Shown in pieces: positions 1 to 9,772 of a DNA stretch of 48,789 bases (its first letter is position 1; the number at the start of each line of letters is the position of its first letter). Location of the stretch: positions 1 to 48,789 of the forward strand of contig CAWIMJ010000036.1 in NCBI GenBank assembly GCA_963837175.1, in the 5' to 3' direction. The DNA is from an uncultured Nitrososphaeraceae archaeon (GTDB lineage Archaea; Thermoproteota; Nitrososphaeria; Nitrososphaerales; Nitrososphaeraceae). Made by a program: the position numbers and the translations under genes. The notes under the pieces were generated by a model. It saw only the letters and a program-made list of their open reading frames with translations, was not told the DNA's origin and ran no database searches.

Positions 1-4
1 CCCC

Positions 5-538
5 ATGAAAGAAGATAATATAATTTCCCCTTTAACTGAATGGGTAGGAGTATTTGCGCTAGGTATAACTGTGGGACTTGTATCTTCCTTGGGATATAAG
101 CCTGTTTATTCTAAAAGTAGAAGCATTAGTATTACCAACCTTTCAATAGCAATATTGTCTATTTCTGCTGGTATTATTCATCTATTGCTAATACAAGAAC
201 ATATGAAAGAAGCTTTCATGTGGGGAATATTTTTCTTAATTAGTGGAATTGCTCAATTAATTTTCGGTATAATTATTATTATAATGGGTGGGAAACTATC
301 TCCAATTAATAAGTCAATATTGTATTATTTTGGAATTATCGGAAACGCCTTATTAGTTGGTATATTTGTATTGGTCAGGTTAATTACGCCACCCTTCTCG
401 AGTGAGGCAGCTCCAATAAACGAACTAGAACCTAATGGCATAATAACTATAATAACCGAAATACTCTTAGTAGTCTTACTAGCTTATTTGTTAAAATCAA
501 CTAATAAAATCAAAAAAAGCCAAAAAGTAATTCATTAG
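5..538 (+). CDS. Hypothetical multi-pass membrane protein with H-x5-H-x2-E motif, possibly metal-related
   Basis: 177 aa, about 5 hydrophobic segments, IHLLLIQEHMKE..WGIFF motif; located next to copper genes. Confidence 0.65.
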   Translation: MKEDNIISPLTEWVGVFALGITVGLVSSLGYKPVYSKSRSISITNLSIAILSISAGIIHLLLIQEHMKEAFMWGIFFLISGIAQLIFGIIIIIMGGKLSPINKSILYYFGIIGNALLVGIFVLVRLITPPFSSEAAPINELEPNGIITIITEILLVVLLAYLLKSTNKIKKSQKVIH

Positions 539-808
539 AGCTCGGGTAATTAAAAGCTTAAAGATATATTCTTCATAGTCTGTGTTTATTTGATGCATTG
601 TTGATGTCTTACGCCAGATATTTACTTTTCGCAGTTTTTTGATCTCTTCCAATGTTACCTTTGACCCGTCATATTTTACTGTAGCTGTGCCAGAAAGGAA
701 GTTGGCTTCAATACTTTGTATGCCTGGATAATTTAAAAGTCGCTTTTCAACACCAAATCCATCGCATATCGACATAATTTCATCAATACTAACGACAACA
801 TTCTTCAT
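497..808 (-). pseudogene. Heavy-metal-associated (HMA) domain fragment, probably a truncated Cu chaperone or P-type ATPase N-terminus
   Basis: MKNVVVSIDEIMSICDGFGVEKRLLNYPGIQSIEANFLSGTATVKYD fits the HMA pattern; only one Cys; similarity ends after ~60 aa. Confidence 0.6.
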
Positions 809-1104
809 GGTTATTTTATACAAAAATATCTTTGCAAATTATATTATATAATGATAATAATATGATGGGTATCTGACGGCCATTTGACAAGGATCTGATG
901 ACGAGAAATAGTTTATTACGCATAAATGAAAGCCAGCCAACAGTTTAACAGTCCCTTCTTACCTTTTGAAATTATAGAATACATTTAGACTTAAATAATT
1001 TGGAATTATACTAACGATGAATGAATGAAACAGCATCACTTAGAGATTTTCTGCAAACTGTCAGTTATGCAAAGCATAGCACAGATGATATTCAAATTGG
1101 TAAG

Positions 1105-1460
1105 TGTGAAGGTTGCACTAAAAGATGAAGGATTTGAAGTGATACATTTGATAGTCCTTAACTAGCATTATCTAGTTTTAAATCTAATTTCTATGACCTT
1201 ATACTTTTGGGTATTAAAATGGCAAAAATAAATGTTTTTGAATTTTATAGAGAAATAAAAAGAGAGAGACAATAAGGTCAAGGTTTGTTTTTTAACAGCC
1301 AGTAAATATACTGAGTATAAAGAATTTTTGAAAGAAAATCCTAACGTAACCGTCAAATGTTTTGCTCGTAAGCCACTACCAATAGGTGACTTGGCTGAAA
1401 TAGTAAAAGAGCAATTAAAAGATAAGAATAATACAACTATCAAAAAAAATTTGATTTGAT
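1105..1460 (+). pseudogene. Degraded response-regulator receiver domain
   Basis: Pieced-together frames give LKDEGFEV/DTFDSP*LALSSFKSNFYDLILLGIKMAKINVFEFYREIK/KVKVCFLTAS..CFARKP, resembling the receiver at 21036-21487; stop codon and frameshifts. Confidence 0.75.
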
Positions 1461-1573
1461 GTTCTCTTAACTATTATTATCACCAGCAGCACCATTAACA
1501 GACTCTGATATGCCCAATTATCTCAGTCTTGCTTCCATATCAAAGAATATAGTTATAACCATTATATCAAATA

Positions 1574-1948
1574 GTGTTCTGTATTTATATGATGACTACA
1601 AGTATTAGAACAAAATATACAGTAGGTATTATTACCGCTGTATTGTTTGGAGTTTGGACACTGATAATGACAAATAGCGGCGGCCCTATTACTTTTGTAT
1701 CATCGCCCCTATCCGCTGCAGCAAGTAGTGTAGGAGATCCAGGAGCCGCAAAGATGCACGTAGATGAGGCAATGAAATCTCTACAAGCTGGCGATACTGC
1801 AGGTGCAAAGATGCACTTGAGTGAAGCTGATAAGGTTCTACCAGAAGGAGCCGCAAAGATGCACGTAGATGAGGCAATGAAATCTCTACAAGCTGGCGAT
1901 ACTGAAGGTGCAAAGATGCATGCACAGGCTGCTCAAGGTAATCTATAA
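1574..1948 (+). CDS. Secreted/anchored small helical His/Met repeat protein (SmbP-like putative metal-binding protein)
   Basis: N-terminal hydrophobic segment, then four AKMH motifs in two 35-aa units; true start may be ATG 1589/1592. Confidence 0.75.
   Translation: MFCIYMMTTSIRTKYTVGIITAVLFGVWTLIMTNSGGPITFVSSPLSAAASSVGDPGAAKMHVDEAMKSLQAGDTAGAKMHLSEADKVLPEGAAKMHVDEAMKSLQAGDTEGAKMHAQAAQGNL
1742..1920 (+). repeat. Intragenic tandem duplication, 105-bp period
   Basis: ggagccgcaaagatgcacgtagatgaggcaatgaaatctctacaagctggcgatactg occurs identically at 1742 and 1847. Confidence 0.95.
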
Positions 1949-2111
1949 TAATATCATCAGCATATAATAAAAAGAATCAAAACAGGGAAACAAAGATCTT
2001 AAAAAACCAAATATTATTTTTTATTTTTATCAAACAAGCTTATGTTGCTATAAGGATATGATATAAAAAAGAAATAGAAATGTTAGCTGATCTTAACCCA
2101 ACCTTTTGACT

Positions 2112-2459
2112 TTAGCCACTCATCTTACGACATTCTTGAGCACATGTCCTACATGCTTGTGCACATAATTTGCAGTGCCCCATACGCTGATGTTTTTCGC
2201 ATTCTTCAGCACATGCATCACATAACTCTGCACAAGTATTGCAGATTTGCTTCACATATTCGCTATTTCTTGACATAAATTGTGAAGCTGCCCAACATAT
2301 AGTAGCAGAGTCGCGGTCTAGTTGAATACACCTTTCTAACATCTTTACATCTTGCTCTCTAAGACAAGAGGTAGCACATAGTTCACAGGATTCGGCACAG
2401 CCATTGCACGTATCTATACAACTCTGATATTTTTGATTCTGGAGTACTTTTGTAGACAT
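2112..2459 (-). CDS. Cys-rich four-helix bundle copper-storage protein (DUF326 / Csp3-like)
   Basis: Repeated CxxxCxxC/CxxC motifs (CIDTCNGCAESCELCATSC, ICNTCAELCDACAEEC, HCKLCAQACRTCAQEC); no signal peptide. Confidence 0.9.
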   Translation of the reverse strand: MSTKVLQNQKYQSCIDTCNGCAESCELCATSCLREQDVKMLERCIQLDRDSATICWAASQFMSRNSEYVKQICNTCAELCDACAEECEKHQRMGHCKLCAQACRTCAQECRKMSG

Positions 2460-2567
2460 ATTGAGTATCGATTGTTATTATCATTTATTATAAGTAGACT
2501 CTACAAATGTAAAATTGATTAATAATGAAGATATTCGTATTTATGCAGCGTATAGGTAAATTAGGCA

Positions 2568-2705
2568 ATGCCATATCAGCTAAATGATACAGACATCATC
2601 ATTATTAAACATCTTTTAGAAGATGACGAAAATCTTCCGGCAGTTATCAGGGGAACAAGAACAAGCATTCCAACAGTTAAGGAAAAATTGATAGTTATAT
2701 TTAGA
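2568..2705 (+). pseudogene. Lrp/AsnC-type HTH regulator N-terminal remnant (possibly a copper-responsive regulator)
   Basis: MPYQLNDTDIIIIKHLLEDD...RQLS...SIPTVKEK resembles the AsnC HTH start; frameshifted and truncated; divergent from the Csp3-like gene. Confidence 0.55.
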
Positions 2706-2829
2706 AAAAAAGAGAATGACACATCTCAACTATGAGGAGCCATCATCATCATCGTTTCATTCATCTCCATATTGTTATTGTTATTGCTTTTGTCATCTTG
2801 TAGTAATAATAATTCTGTATCCTCAAGTC

Positions 2830-3040
2830 CTGTGCTTCTTCTAATCCTGTTCCGCTAATCAAAGTACCAAACAGCTCATTAGAACTAGCAAAATGTCTTC
2901 CAGTCTTCTTCCAGTCTTTTCTGAATTTATCATTAAGCCAAGAACTTTCTTACCCGTAAGATGAACAGTTATTGGAATGTGATTATATTCTAAAGTAGAA
3001 TTATTGTTTAAAATAAATGTCTGTAATTCCTGTTATTACT
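2830..3040 (-). pseudogene. Fragment of a hypothetical thaumarchaeal protein
   Basis: Minus-strand frames read IVITGITDIY / NNNSTLEYNHIPITVHLTGKKVLGLMIN..TGRHFASSNELFGTLISGTGL; protein-like but broken. Confidence 0.35.
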
Positions 3041-3044
3041 ATTT

Positions 3045-3078
3045 CATTTTCACACACTACTTATTGTGTGTGAAAATG
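3045..3078. terminator. Perfect 13-bp hairpin just downstream of the DtxR-family gene
   Basis: cattttcacacac (3045-3057) and gtgtgtgaaaatg (3066-3078), 8-nt loop; function as a terminator is inferred. Confidence 0.5.
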
Positions 3079-3091
3079 TAATTGCATTAAT

Positions 3092-3619
3092 CTATTTCGG
3101 TTCTACACTACACTCATTATGTGTGTGTATAAATTCAGGGTTCTTCTTTGCAGTCTTTACAAATTCTTCTAATTTTTTTAAAGTTTCTGAATGCAAGTGA
3201 TGTTCAATACCCTCAGCATCTTTATTTGCAATATCTTTGTCTACTCCAATCATTTTCAAAAATTCAGCCAATACACTATGCCTTTTATGGATATTCTTAG
3301 CAACGTCAGTTCCCTGATGAGTCAGACGGATTCCTCTATATTTTTCATAATCTAGATATCTGCTCTCATCTAACCTCTGCAGCATTTTAGTGACACTTGG
3401 AGAACTGACATTGAGACATTTTGAAATATCTATAATGGTAGCATAGCCTTTCTGCTGTACTAATTCATAAATCACTTCAAGATAGTCTTCCATTCTATCT
3501 GTACGCTCTTCTACTCCCTCTTCTTTCTTTACATTATTATGAGCATTACGAATTGATTCAAGACGATGGTTTTTTGCATTTGATTCATCTTTCAACTCAT
3601 TTAACAATAATTCATTCAC
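3092..3619 (-). CDS. DtxR/MntR family metal-dependent transcriptional regulator
   Basis: MEDYLEVIYEL..VSSPSVTKMLQRL..YEKYRGIRLT..RHSVLAEFL..DAEGIEHHL. Confidence 0.93.
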   Translation of the reverse strand: MNELLLNELKDESNAKNHRLESIRNAHNNVKKEEGVEERTDRMEDYLEVIYELVQQKGYATIIDISKCLNVSSPSVTKMLQRLDESRYLDYEKYRGIRLTHQGTDVAKNIHKRHSVLAEFLKMIGVDKDIANKDAEGIEHHLHSETLKKLEEFVKTAKKNPEFIHTHNECSVEPK

Positions 3620-3683
3620 CTACTATTATAATATTTCACTACAATATCCATTATCTGATCATAGCACCTATCAAGACTCAAGA

Positions 3684-5003
3684 CTATGATACCAGCAACG
3701 ACGTTACATACATTATTGCCATTCCTACTACAAATCCTGCAATCATAGATGTACTTAACAATGTCCTTCTTCCGCCGTCAACAGCAGTATTATTATTATT
3801 ATTATTTTTTGTCATCCAAGAAGCAATAGAAAATACCACTTGAAATATTGCACCAGCACCCATAGACAGGAATATTATTCGGCAATGGGAGAATACAGAA
3901 ATCCTCCAATCCATGTTCCTATTATAGCCGGAATGCCAGCTATCAGGCCCATTGCTACTAGTTTTCGTATCATGACTTTGCCACTTTTGGCCATTGGTGC
4001 TACTATTGCCAAACCCTCCGTAGTATTATGTAATGCAAATCCAATTATTAGAAAAGTACCTGAGTGCAACTTTGCCTAACACAACAGCAGCACCTATTGC
4101 CAAGCCTTCTCCAAGATTATGTAATCCTATTCCTATTGATATCATCAACGCTATTGCAACAGGCTTTATCATTTGTTGTTGTTGCTGCTGTGTAGTAGTA
4201 GCATCAGGAGAATAGGAGGAGGATGATACTAGCAAAGGAGATTTCGAGTTTGTAGCAGATTTCATTATAGCCCGTTGAATGAGTTTTTCAGATGTATATA
4301 ACAACGCTAAGAACGAAAGAATTGTTATCATGGCAATCAACACCTGACCGTTGAAAGCTCCTGCAATATTTTCTGTGGTAATTTCGTTGCTTTCTACTAG
4401 CGCATCTATTCCCAAAAATACCAGCAATCCTACAGTAAGACTGAGGAAGAAATTGTATTTGTTTGTACTCAGTCTTTTTATGAATGGAAACCAGAGAAGA
4501 CCTATCAACACTGGTATAACTCCTACGTATACACCTATTACTGCAAAATATGATGCCTGTGCTACATTTGGAACTGGTGCTAAGGCAGCAGCGTCGATGC
4601 TCTTGCTGAACCTTGTACCCTCAGAAGTAGTTACTCCGACTTCATATGGTACCCCCGGCGTCCAAGAAAAAGGTATTATAACTTTTGCTTCGGCCAACCT
4701 TGACAGGGTCTTACCAGGTTCTATTGCAGCAGGGGTTATTCGATCATTGATGTCAGCCTGTGCAATTTCGATCTGCTCGGGACCAGTATTACGGATGTAA
4801 GCTATAATTTTACCTTCTTGGAATTCTGTTCTTTCTATAGTAATTTCAGGCAAAGATATTCCTTTGTTAAGGAACGACTGACCAGGGCCAAAAAGAAATA
4901 TAATCATTCCACCCAGTACCAATAATGGAATTAATGCAATAGCGATTATTTTTTTTCTGCTGGACTTTGTATTTCTGTCCGCTCTATTTTGTTCTATCTC
5001 CAT
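3684..5003 (-). pseudogene. ZIP-family metal transporter with N-terminal extracellular domain, split by two frameshifts
   Basis: IGLHNLGEGLAIG and FALHNTTEGLAI motifs spread over three overlapping ORFs (4026-5003, 3875-4069, 3684-3914); shifts at ~4062 and ~3878. Confidence 0.88.
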
Positions 5004-5009
5004 TTCTCT

Positions 5010-6224
5010 TTAACTACCTACTCCTGATTGATATTGTACAAAACCATCATCTTTAGAATGGGATGCTATTGTTTTAGCACTTTCAGTATGAGAATAATTA
5101 TTATTATTATTACCTAGTTCAGCCGGATAATTAGCTGTTTTGCTGTTATTCAATGCAACAACATTTGGTTCAGCCGAATCTTTAACAAAAAATAATCCCA
5201 TCCAGCCCTTTTCTGCAAATTCTGTCTTATGAGCATGGAACATGTATTGTCCAGGAAATTTATATGTGAATTCAAGTATCCCTCTTTCGCCCTGACTCAT
5301 AGTTACCATGTCTGTGTATTCATTAGGTACCAGACTTGTTCCACTTCGATAGAGTTGATATAGATTTGCATGAAGATGGAAATTATTTATAGGATCAAAT
5401 TCTAACATATTTACTAAATATACTCGTACAAGACGATTCTTTTCAATCTGTATAGGGTTATGCATATAGTAGTATGGAATTCCGTTGACTGTGTAAAAAT
5501 TGTTCTCTGAATCCGAGTCTGTATCATAGCCATTCATCACCATTACCATTTCATCTGCGGGAGGCCTTGGTGTCTTTGGATCGACAATGTAAACTCCATA
5601 TAGACCATGGGATATGTGTTCTTCTAAAGGCTGTACATGACAATGATAAGGAAATACTCCAAATGGTTCTGCAGTGAATTCATATGTGTATTTTCCCCCC
5701 GGGGCTATACTTTCAAAGACACCATCCATCTCTGCTTTATGTATCCCGTGAGTGTGTATTGTATGAAATTTTGAACCGTTATTTATAAAGTTAATTCTAA
5801 TCAGATCTCCTTCCGTGGCCCTTATTGTCGGTCCAGGTACGGTTCCATTAAATGTCCATACATTATAGAAGACACCTGGTGATATTTCCTTTACTTTGTC
5901 ATCTGATGCAATAAGAGTAAATTCTCTAGGTACAGTTCCATTAGATAAGGTAGATATCCTACCATAGTTGAATTCTCGTAAATATTTCATAGGATCTACT
6001 ACCGCTCTGGCGCTGCTACTTAGTGATATAGGATCTAAAGTGTCTCCTGCTGTTTCTAATATATTAGAACCAGGGATATGTTCACCTACTTTTTTTGGCT
6101 TGGAATTGTCCTGTGCAACAACAGAAAATTGATTATATGGAGAAGAAAAAATAACATATCCTATTGAGATCACAGAGATTAAAACTACAGAAATCATGAT
6201 GATAATTATTTTTGGACGTAGCAT
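5010..6224 (-). CDS. Two-domain multicopper oxidase (type-1 Cu site in domain 1 only)
   Basis: HTIHTHG, YHCHVQPLEEHISHGL, NFHLHAN, FHAH motifs; N-terminal membrane anchor. Confidence 0.92.
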   Translation of the reverse strand: MLRPKIIIIMISVVLISVISIGYVIFSSPYNQFSVVAQDNSKPKKVGEHIPGSNILETAGDTLDPISLSSSARAVVDPMKYLREFNYGRISTLSNGTVPREFTLIASDDKVKEISPGVFYNVWTFNGTVPGPTIRATEGDLIRINFINNGSKFHTIHTHGIHKAEMDGVFESIAPGGKYTYEFTAEPFGVFPYHCHVQPLEEHISHGLYGVYIVDPKTPRPPADEMVMVMNGYDTDSDSENNFYTVNGIPYYYMHNPIQIEKNRLVRVYLVNMLEFDPINNFHLHANLYQLYRSGTSLVPNEYTDMVTMSQGERGILEFTYKFPGQYMFHAHKTEFAEKGWMGLFFVKDSAEPNVVALNNSKTANYPAELGNNNNNYSHTESAKTIASHSKDDGFVQYQSGVGS

Positions 6225-6246
6225 AAGATGATAATTGATAGCACAG

Positions 6247-6290
6247 TTAATAAATGTTAGCCTAGGCTAATACTGTTAGTAGAGGTTTAC
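6247..6290 (-). promoter_or_regulatory. TATA box plus DtxR/MntR-type palindromic operator upstream of the MCO-ZIP-DtxR operon
   Basis: Perfect palindrome TTAGCCTAGGCTAA at 6257-6270 beside TTTATTAA (minus strand, 6247-6254); degenerate second copy at ~6276-6289. Confidence 0.8.
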
Positions 6291-6503
6291 ACTGACTTAG
6301 TTCAATGAAACCTTTGAAGAGAACACAGAGATTTATAACTAATTTATATAAGCATCCTTAACAAAATTGCCCTGGTCATTTGTGAACTGTTATCGACACA
6401 AATTAGCGGCCCAGGAACCATCATCTTTGCATTAGAAGCCAATTGGTCTATCTTGTTCTTTTTAGTAAAGATATTAAGTTATGTATGCGATATATATGGT
6501 GAC

Positions 6504-6647
6504 ATGGCAGATATTGCAAAAAAGATAAAAAATATAGCTCAAGACTCCGAAGCAAAAATGGAGACTTCAGCAGATCATGCAGAAGGTAAGCCAAGCTCTG
6601 AAACTCTCAACAAGGCTAAGGTAAAAGTAAGAGATGCACTAACTTAA
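6504..6647 (+). CDS. Small hydrophilic hypothetical protein (47 aa)
   Basis: MADIAKKIKNIAQDSEAKMETSADHAEGKPSSETLNKAKVKVRDALT; ATG 6504 preferred to TTG 6453. Confidence 0.55.
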   Translation: MADIAKKIKNIAQDSEAKMETSADHAEGKPSSETLNKAKVKVRDALT

Positions 6648-6756
6648 GTAGAATTCCTTATTTTTAATTGAGGATCTTAATCGGTTACTTCAAAAAGTGA
6701 AGTGAACTTATATATTTACTAAACAATTCATTAAGTTAACTGCAAGTCTTAATTTA

Positions 6757-8409
6757 TTAGGTGATAGGTAGACTAAATGAAATGGTGGCACCTTTCTTTC
6801 CATCTGAGTTATTTTCAGCCCATATTCTGCCACCATGGGCTTCAATAATGCTTTTTGAAATAAACAACCCTAATCCAGTACCTTCAAAAGACTTTGTAAC
6901 AAACTTTGAAAATAGTCTTGGCAATATTTCGGGGTCTATGCCTTTACCAGTATCTTTTACACTAACAAGGATGTGATTGTCTTTCTTTTCTGTACTAATG
7001 AATATAGTTCCTTCTTTTGTGAATTTGACAGCATTACTTAATAGATTACTGATAACTTGGGCAAGCCTATCTTTGTCTGCTTCTATTACTACTGATAACA
7101 TATTATCAGCCGTAGGTTTGTAGAATAATTTTAGATTACTAATACTACTCCCTTTTTTAATCTGCTTTGTATAGTCTTGTATAGAATTTGATATTACATC
7201 ATTTAAATTAAATTGTTCTTTCTTTAGTTTTAGTGACTGCGTCTCTATTTTTGAAACATCTAAGATGTCTTCAGTAAGTTGTTGAAGTCTTTTTGCATTT
7301 CTTGTGATGGCCTCTAATAATTGACGCTGTTCGATGTCTTTTATTTTAGTGTAAAGTACTTCAGACAAACCAAGTATTGGTTGAATAGGAGTTCGTAACT
7401 CATGAGCAGCTACGTTGATAAACTCCTTTTGCATACTATCTGCTCTTTTTAGTTCTTCATTTAGATTTCGCTCATTCCAAAGCAGTTCAAAAAATGATTT
7501 GAATGATTCTACACTTCTTCTGCTATTAGAATAAAGACCAAAACCTATTGCTTCTGAAAAAGTTTCTGCCTGAGGTTCTATCATCTCAGCTCCGAAGAAC
7601 TTTTCATTATCAACTATGAACATACCATGTGGAGAAACTTTTCCATTTAGAATCTTGATATTAGGAGCATGCTCAGATATCTTTTTTAGAACACCTGAAT
7701 TCTCCTCAGATAGAAGACAGATAATCTTTATAACTGCAGCATTTTTTTGTTGTGATGCATTTATCAGATAGTCTATAATGCCCAATCTATCTACTCTAAT
7801 CATTGCTTTATCATTTGGAAGAAGAAAAAGAGCTTCCTTTTTCACAGATTTTGCCAAATCGACAAGAATTCGATTTGCCTTTTCACGGTCATTAATAACT
7901 TGAAAAAATTCTGGCTCTATTCCTTGTTCTATTTCATTAATTTTTTGCTCAGCTGGAATTGCTCTATTCCATAAAGTATCAAAGATGTATTGTCCTTGTT
8001 CTACAATTTCCTTTACATCGCTGTATATAATTTGTGATGCTACTTTTCCTTCTTCATACAAAATTAGAGGAGCAAGATATTCTATTTCACTTATCATAGA
8101 ATTTGCTTTAATTCCATCTAAATGTCGGAGCTCATTAACTATTCCTATTAGTTCTTTGCAGTAAGAGATATTACTGTTATTTATTTCGGTAAGATATCTT
8201 AATTTTACATCTCTACTTTTTGCATCAAGAAAAGCTTTCTTTATTGGTTCAATTAAAATAGCTAATGGTGGTCGTGTATAGTTCATGCAAGTATCAATTT
8301 TTCTTTTTGTTTTAGAGAAAAATTGCAATTCTGCATCTATTATATTCTCAACACCATAAATTATCTTAGTCTTTGTATTTTGCGTATTATTTGTCAAATA
8401 ATTATGCAA
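6757..8409 (-). CDS. Cytoplasmic sensor histidine kinase (Nitrososphaera-type N-terminal region, HisKA, HATPase_c)
   Basis: AAHELRTPIQPI H-box, NLLSNAVKFT N-box, DTGKGI G1, GTGLGL G2. Confidence 0.95.
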   Translation of the reverse strand: MHNYLTNNTQNTKTKIIYGVENIIDAELQFFSKTKRKIDTCMNYTRPPLAILIEPIKKAFLDAKSRDVKLRYLTEINNSNISYCKELIGIVNELRHLDGIKANSMISEIEYLAPLILYEEGKVASQIIYSDVKEIVEQGQYIFDTLWNRAIPAEQKINEIEQGIEPEFFQVINDREKANRILVDLAKSVKKEALFLLPNDKAMIRVDRLGIIDYLINASQQKNAAVIKIICLLSEENSGVLKKISEHAPNIKILNGKVSPHGMFIVDNEKFFGAEMIEPQAETFSEAIGFGLYSNSRRSVESFKSFFELLWNERNLNEELKRADSMQKEFINVAAHELRTPIQPILGLSEVLYTKIKDIEQRQLLEAITRNAKRLQQLTEDILDVSKIETQSLKLKKEQFNLNDVISNSIQDYTKQIKKGSSISNLKLFYKPTADNMLSVVIEADKDRLAQVISNLLSNAVKFTKEGTIFISTEKKDNHILVSVKDTGKGIDPEILPRLFSKFVTKSFEGTGLGLFISKSIIEAHGGRIWAENNSDGKKGATISFSLPIT

Positions 8410-8569
8410 TATTGATGTATATAAGACAATAGATAAAACGGTCCAATGGACATCTTTTATGGTCTAAAATTAATATGGTTAAATTATACAGATACTAGGT
8501 AAAATAACATTTAAATTTTAGAAATTGTCCTAGATATATGTTCTAGGCAGCTTTTACATGGCGATGGCA

Positions 8570-9556
8570 TCATTTTGAAACAATATTATCCATAATACTA
8601 TTTGTAAAATGTTTCAGTACCATATCATAAAGCTTATCGGCTACTTCCAATATCGTGTCCTTATAACCGTCAATATGTGTGGGTAGTGAGTCTTGTCCTA
8701 GTATTGATGACGCTGACATATTACTGACTAGAAGAGTGTTATATTTGTCAGAATTTCTTCTTATAGCTTCAATTAATGATGCAAGAGCGAACGGCAATAG
8801 TACTTTACTATCCGTTAGAAACCTGCTAACCTGCTCTTCAACAGTCTTTCTGATTTTGAGATATTCTTCATTATTGTTATTGAATCGGCTTACAAGGCTT
8901 TCTAGCCTGGATATTTCATTATTGAGATGTTCTGTCTCTTGTCTCTTACGCTCACACAATACATGATATGAGCTCAGCAGCTGCTTAGAGCTTGCTATTT
9001 CGTCGTCCACGTTATTCAAATGCTTCTTGGATCTTTCTATTTGCAGGTCGAATTGATGTATCTTATCTATAAACCATTTGTGCCTTTTTTCAAGCTGTAA
9101 TATTCCAGAAGCATTATCTTCATCGGCTAGTTGAAGAAGCTTAAGAATCTGTTCTATACCCACCCCTTCTTTCTTTGCTCTTCTGTATATCTCTATAATG
9201 TGTCGGATATCGTCTCCAATCTCTTGATATATGAATTCAGTTTATCTAGTCGCTTCAGCTTGCAATATTCTATGAACAATCTGGTTGCTTCTGGCTCTCT
9301 TAGGTTTAATGCAATAGCGACTTCTACAGGTTTCTTACCTTCAGAAAAGAGTTTGTAGGCTTTGGAAGATATCTCCTGCTGTTGTCTCTCAAGTTTATAT
9401 TTTTGTCGTCTAGCCTTCTCCTCCTTTACGATGGCGTGAATATCACGGGGAGAGATGTGTTCTATTTCTGCGATTTCAGCGTAGGTCTTGTGTTGGTTAA
9501 AATACAGATCTATTACTCTCTTTTTTCTTTCGTGAGTTAATTGTAATACCTTTCAT
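8570..9556 (-). pseudogene. HTH/coiled-coil repeat-family protein, copy 1 (frameshifted)
   Basis: RKKRVIDLYFNQHKTYAEIAEIEHISPRDIHAIVKEE matches 25096-26190 and 42268-42935; frameshift ~9232 and near the start. Confidence 0.8.
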
Positions 9557-9772
9557 ATAGTATACATAATCGATCCTTAAAAAAGGAATGTTTCATGATA
9601 CCATTTGCTTTCATCTATAATTCTTTATTACCATCTACTTTCTTCTTAATAGTAACACTTCGAAAAGTACTTAATTTGAGCACCTTTAAGATTTTACAAT
9701 AACAGAATAGCATTCAGACCTTATAGGGAGAGGGCTAATAACGGTAACAGTAGTAGCATGCAAATCAGAACT

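Noticed and set aside
1168-1443. 91-aa minus-strand ORF
   Set aside because: Antisense shadow of the receiver pseudogene.
4033-4800. Plus-strand ORFs including a poly-Cys one
   Set aside because: Antisense to the ZIP gene; the poly-Cys is the reverse of the poly-Gln tract.
5010-6224. nirK assignment for the MCO
   Set aside because: Trinuclear-cluster His motifs in both domains and the ZIP/DtxR context fit a two-domain oxidase better.
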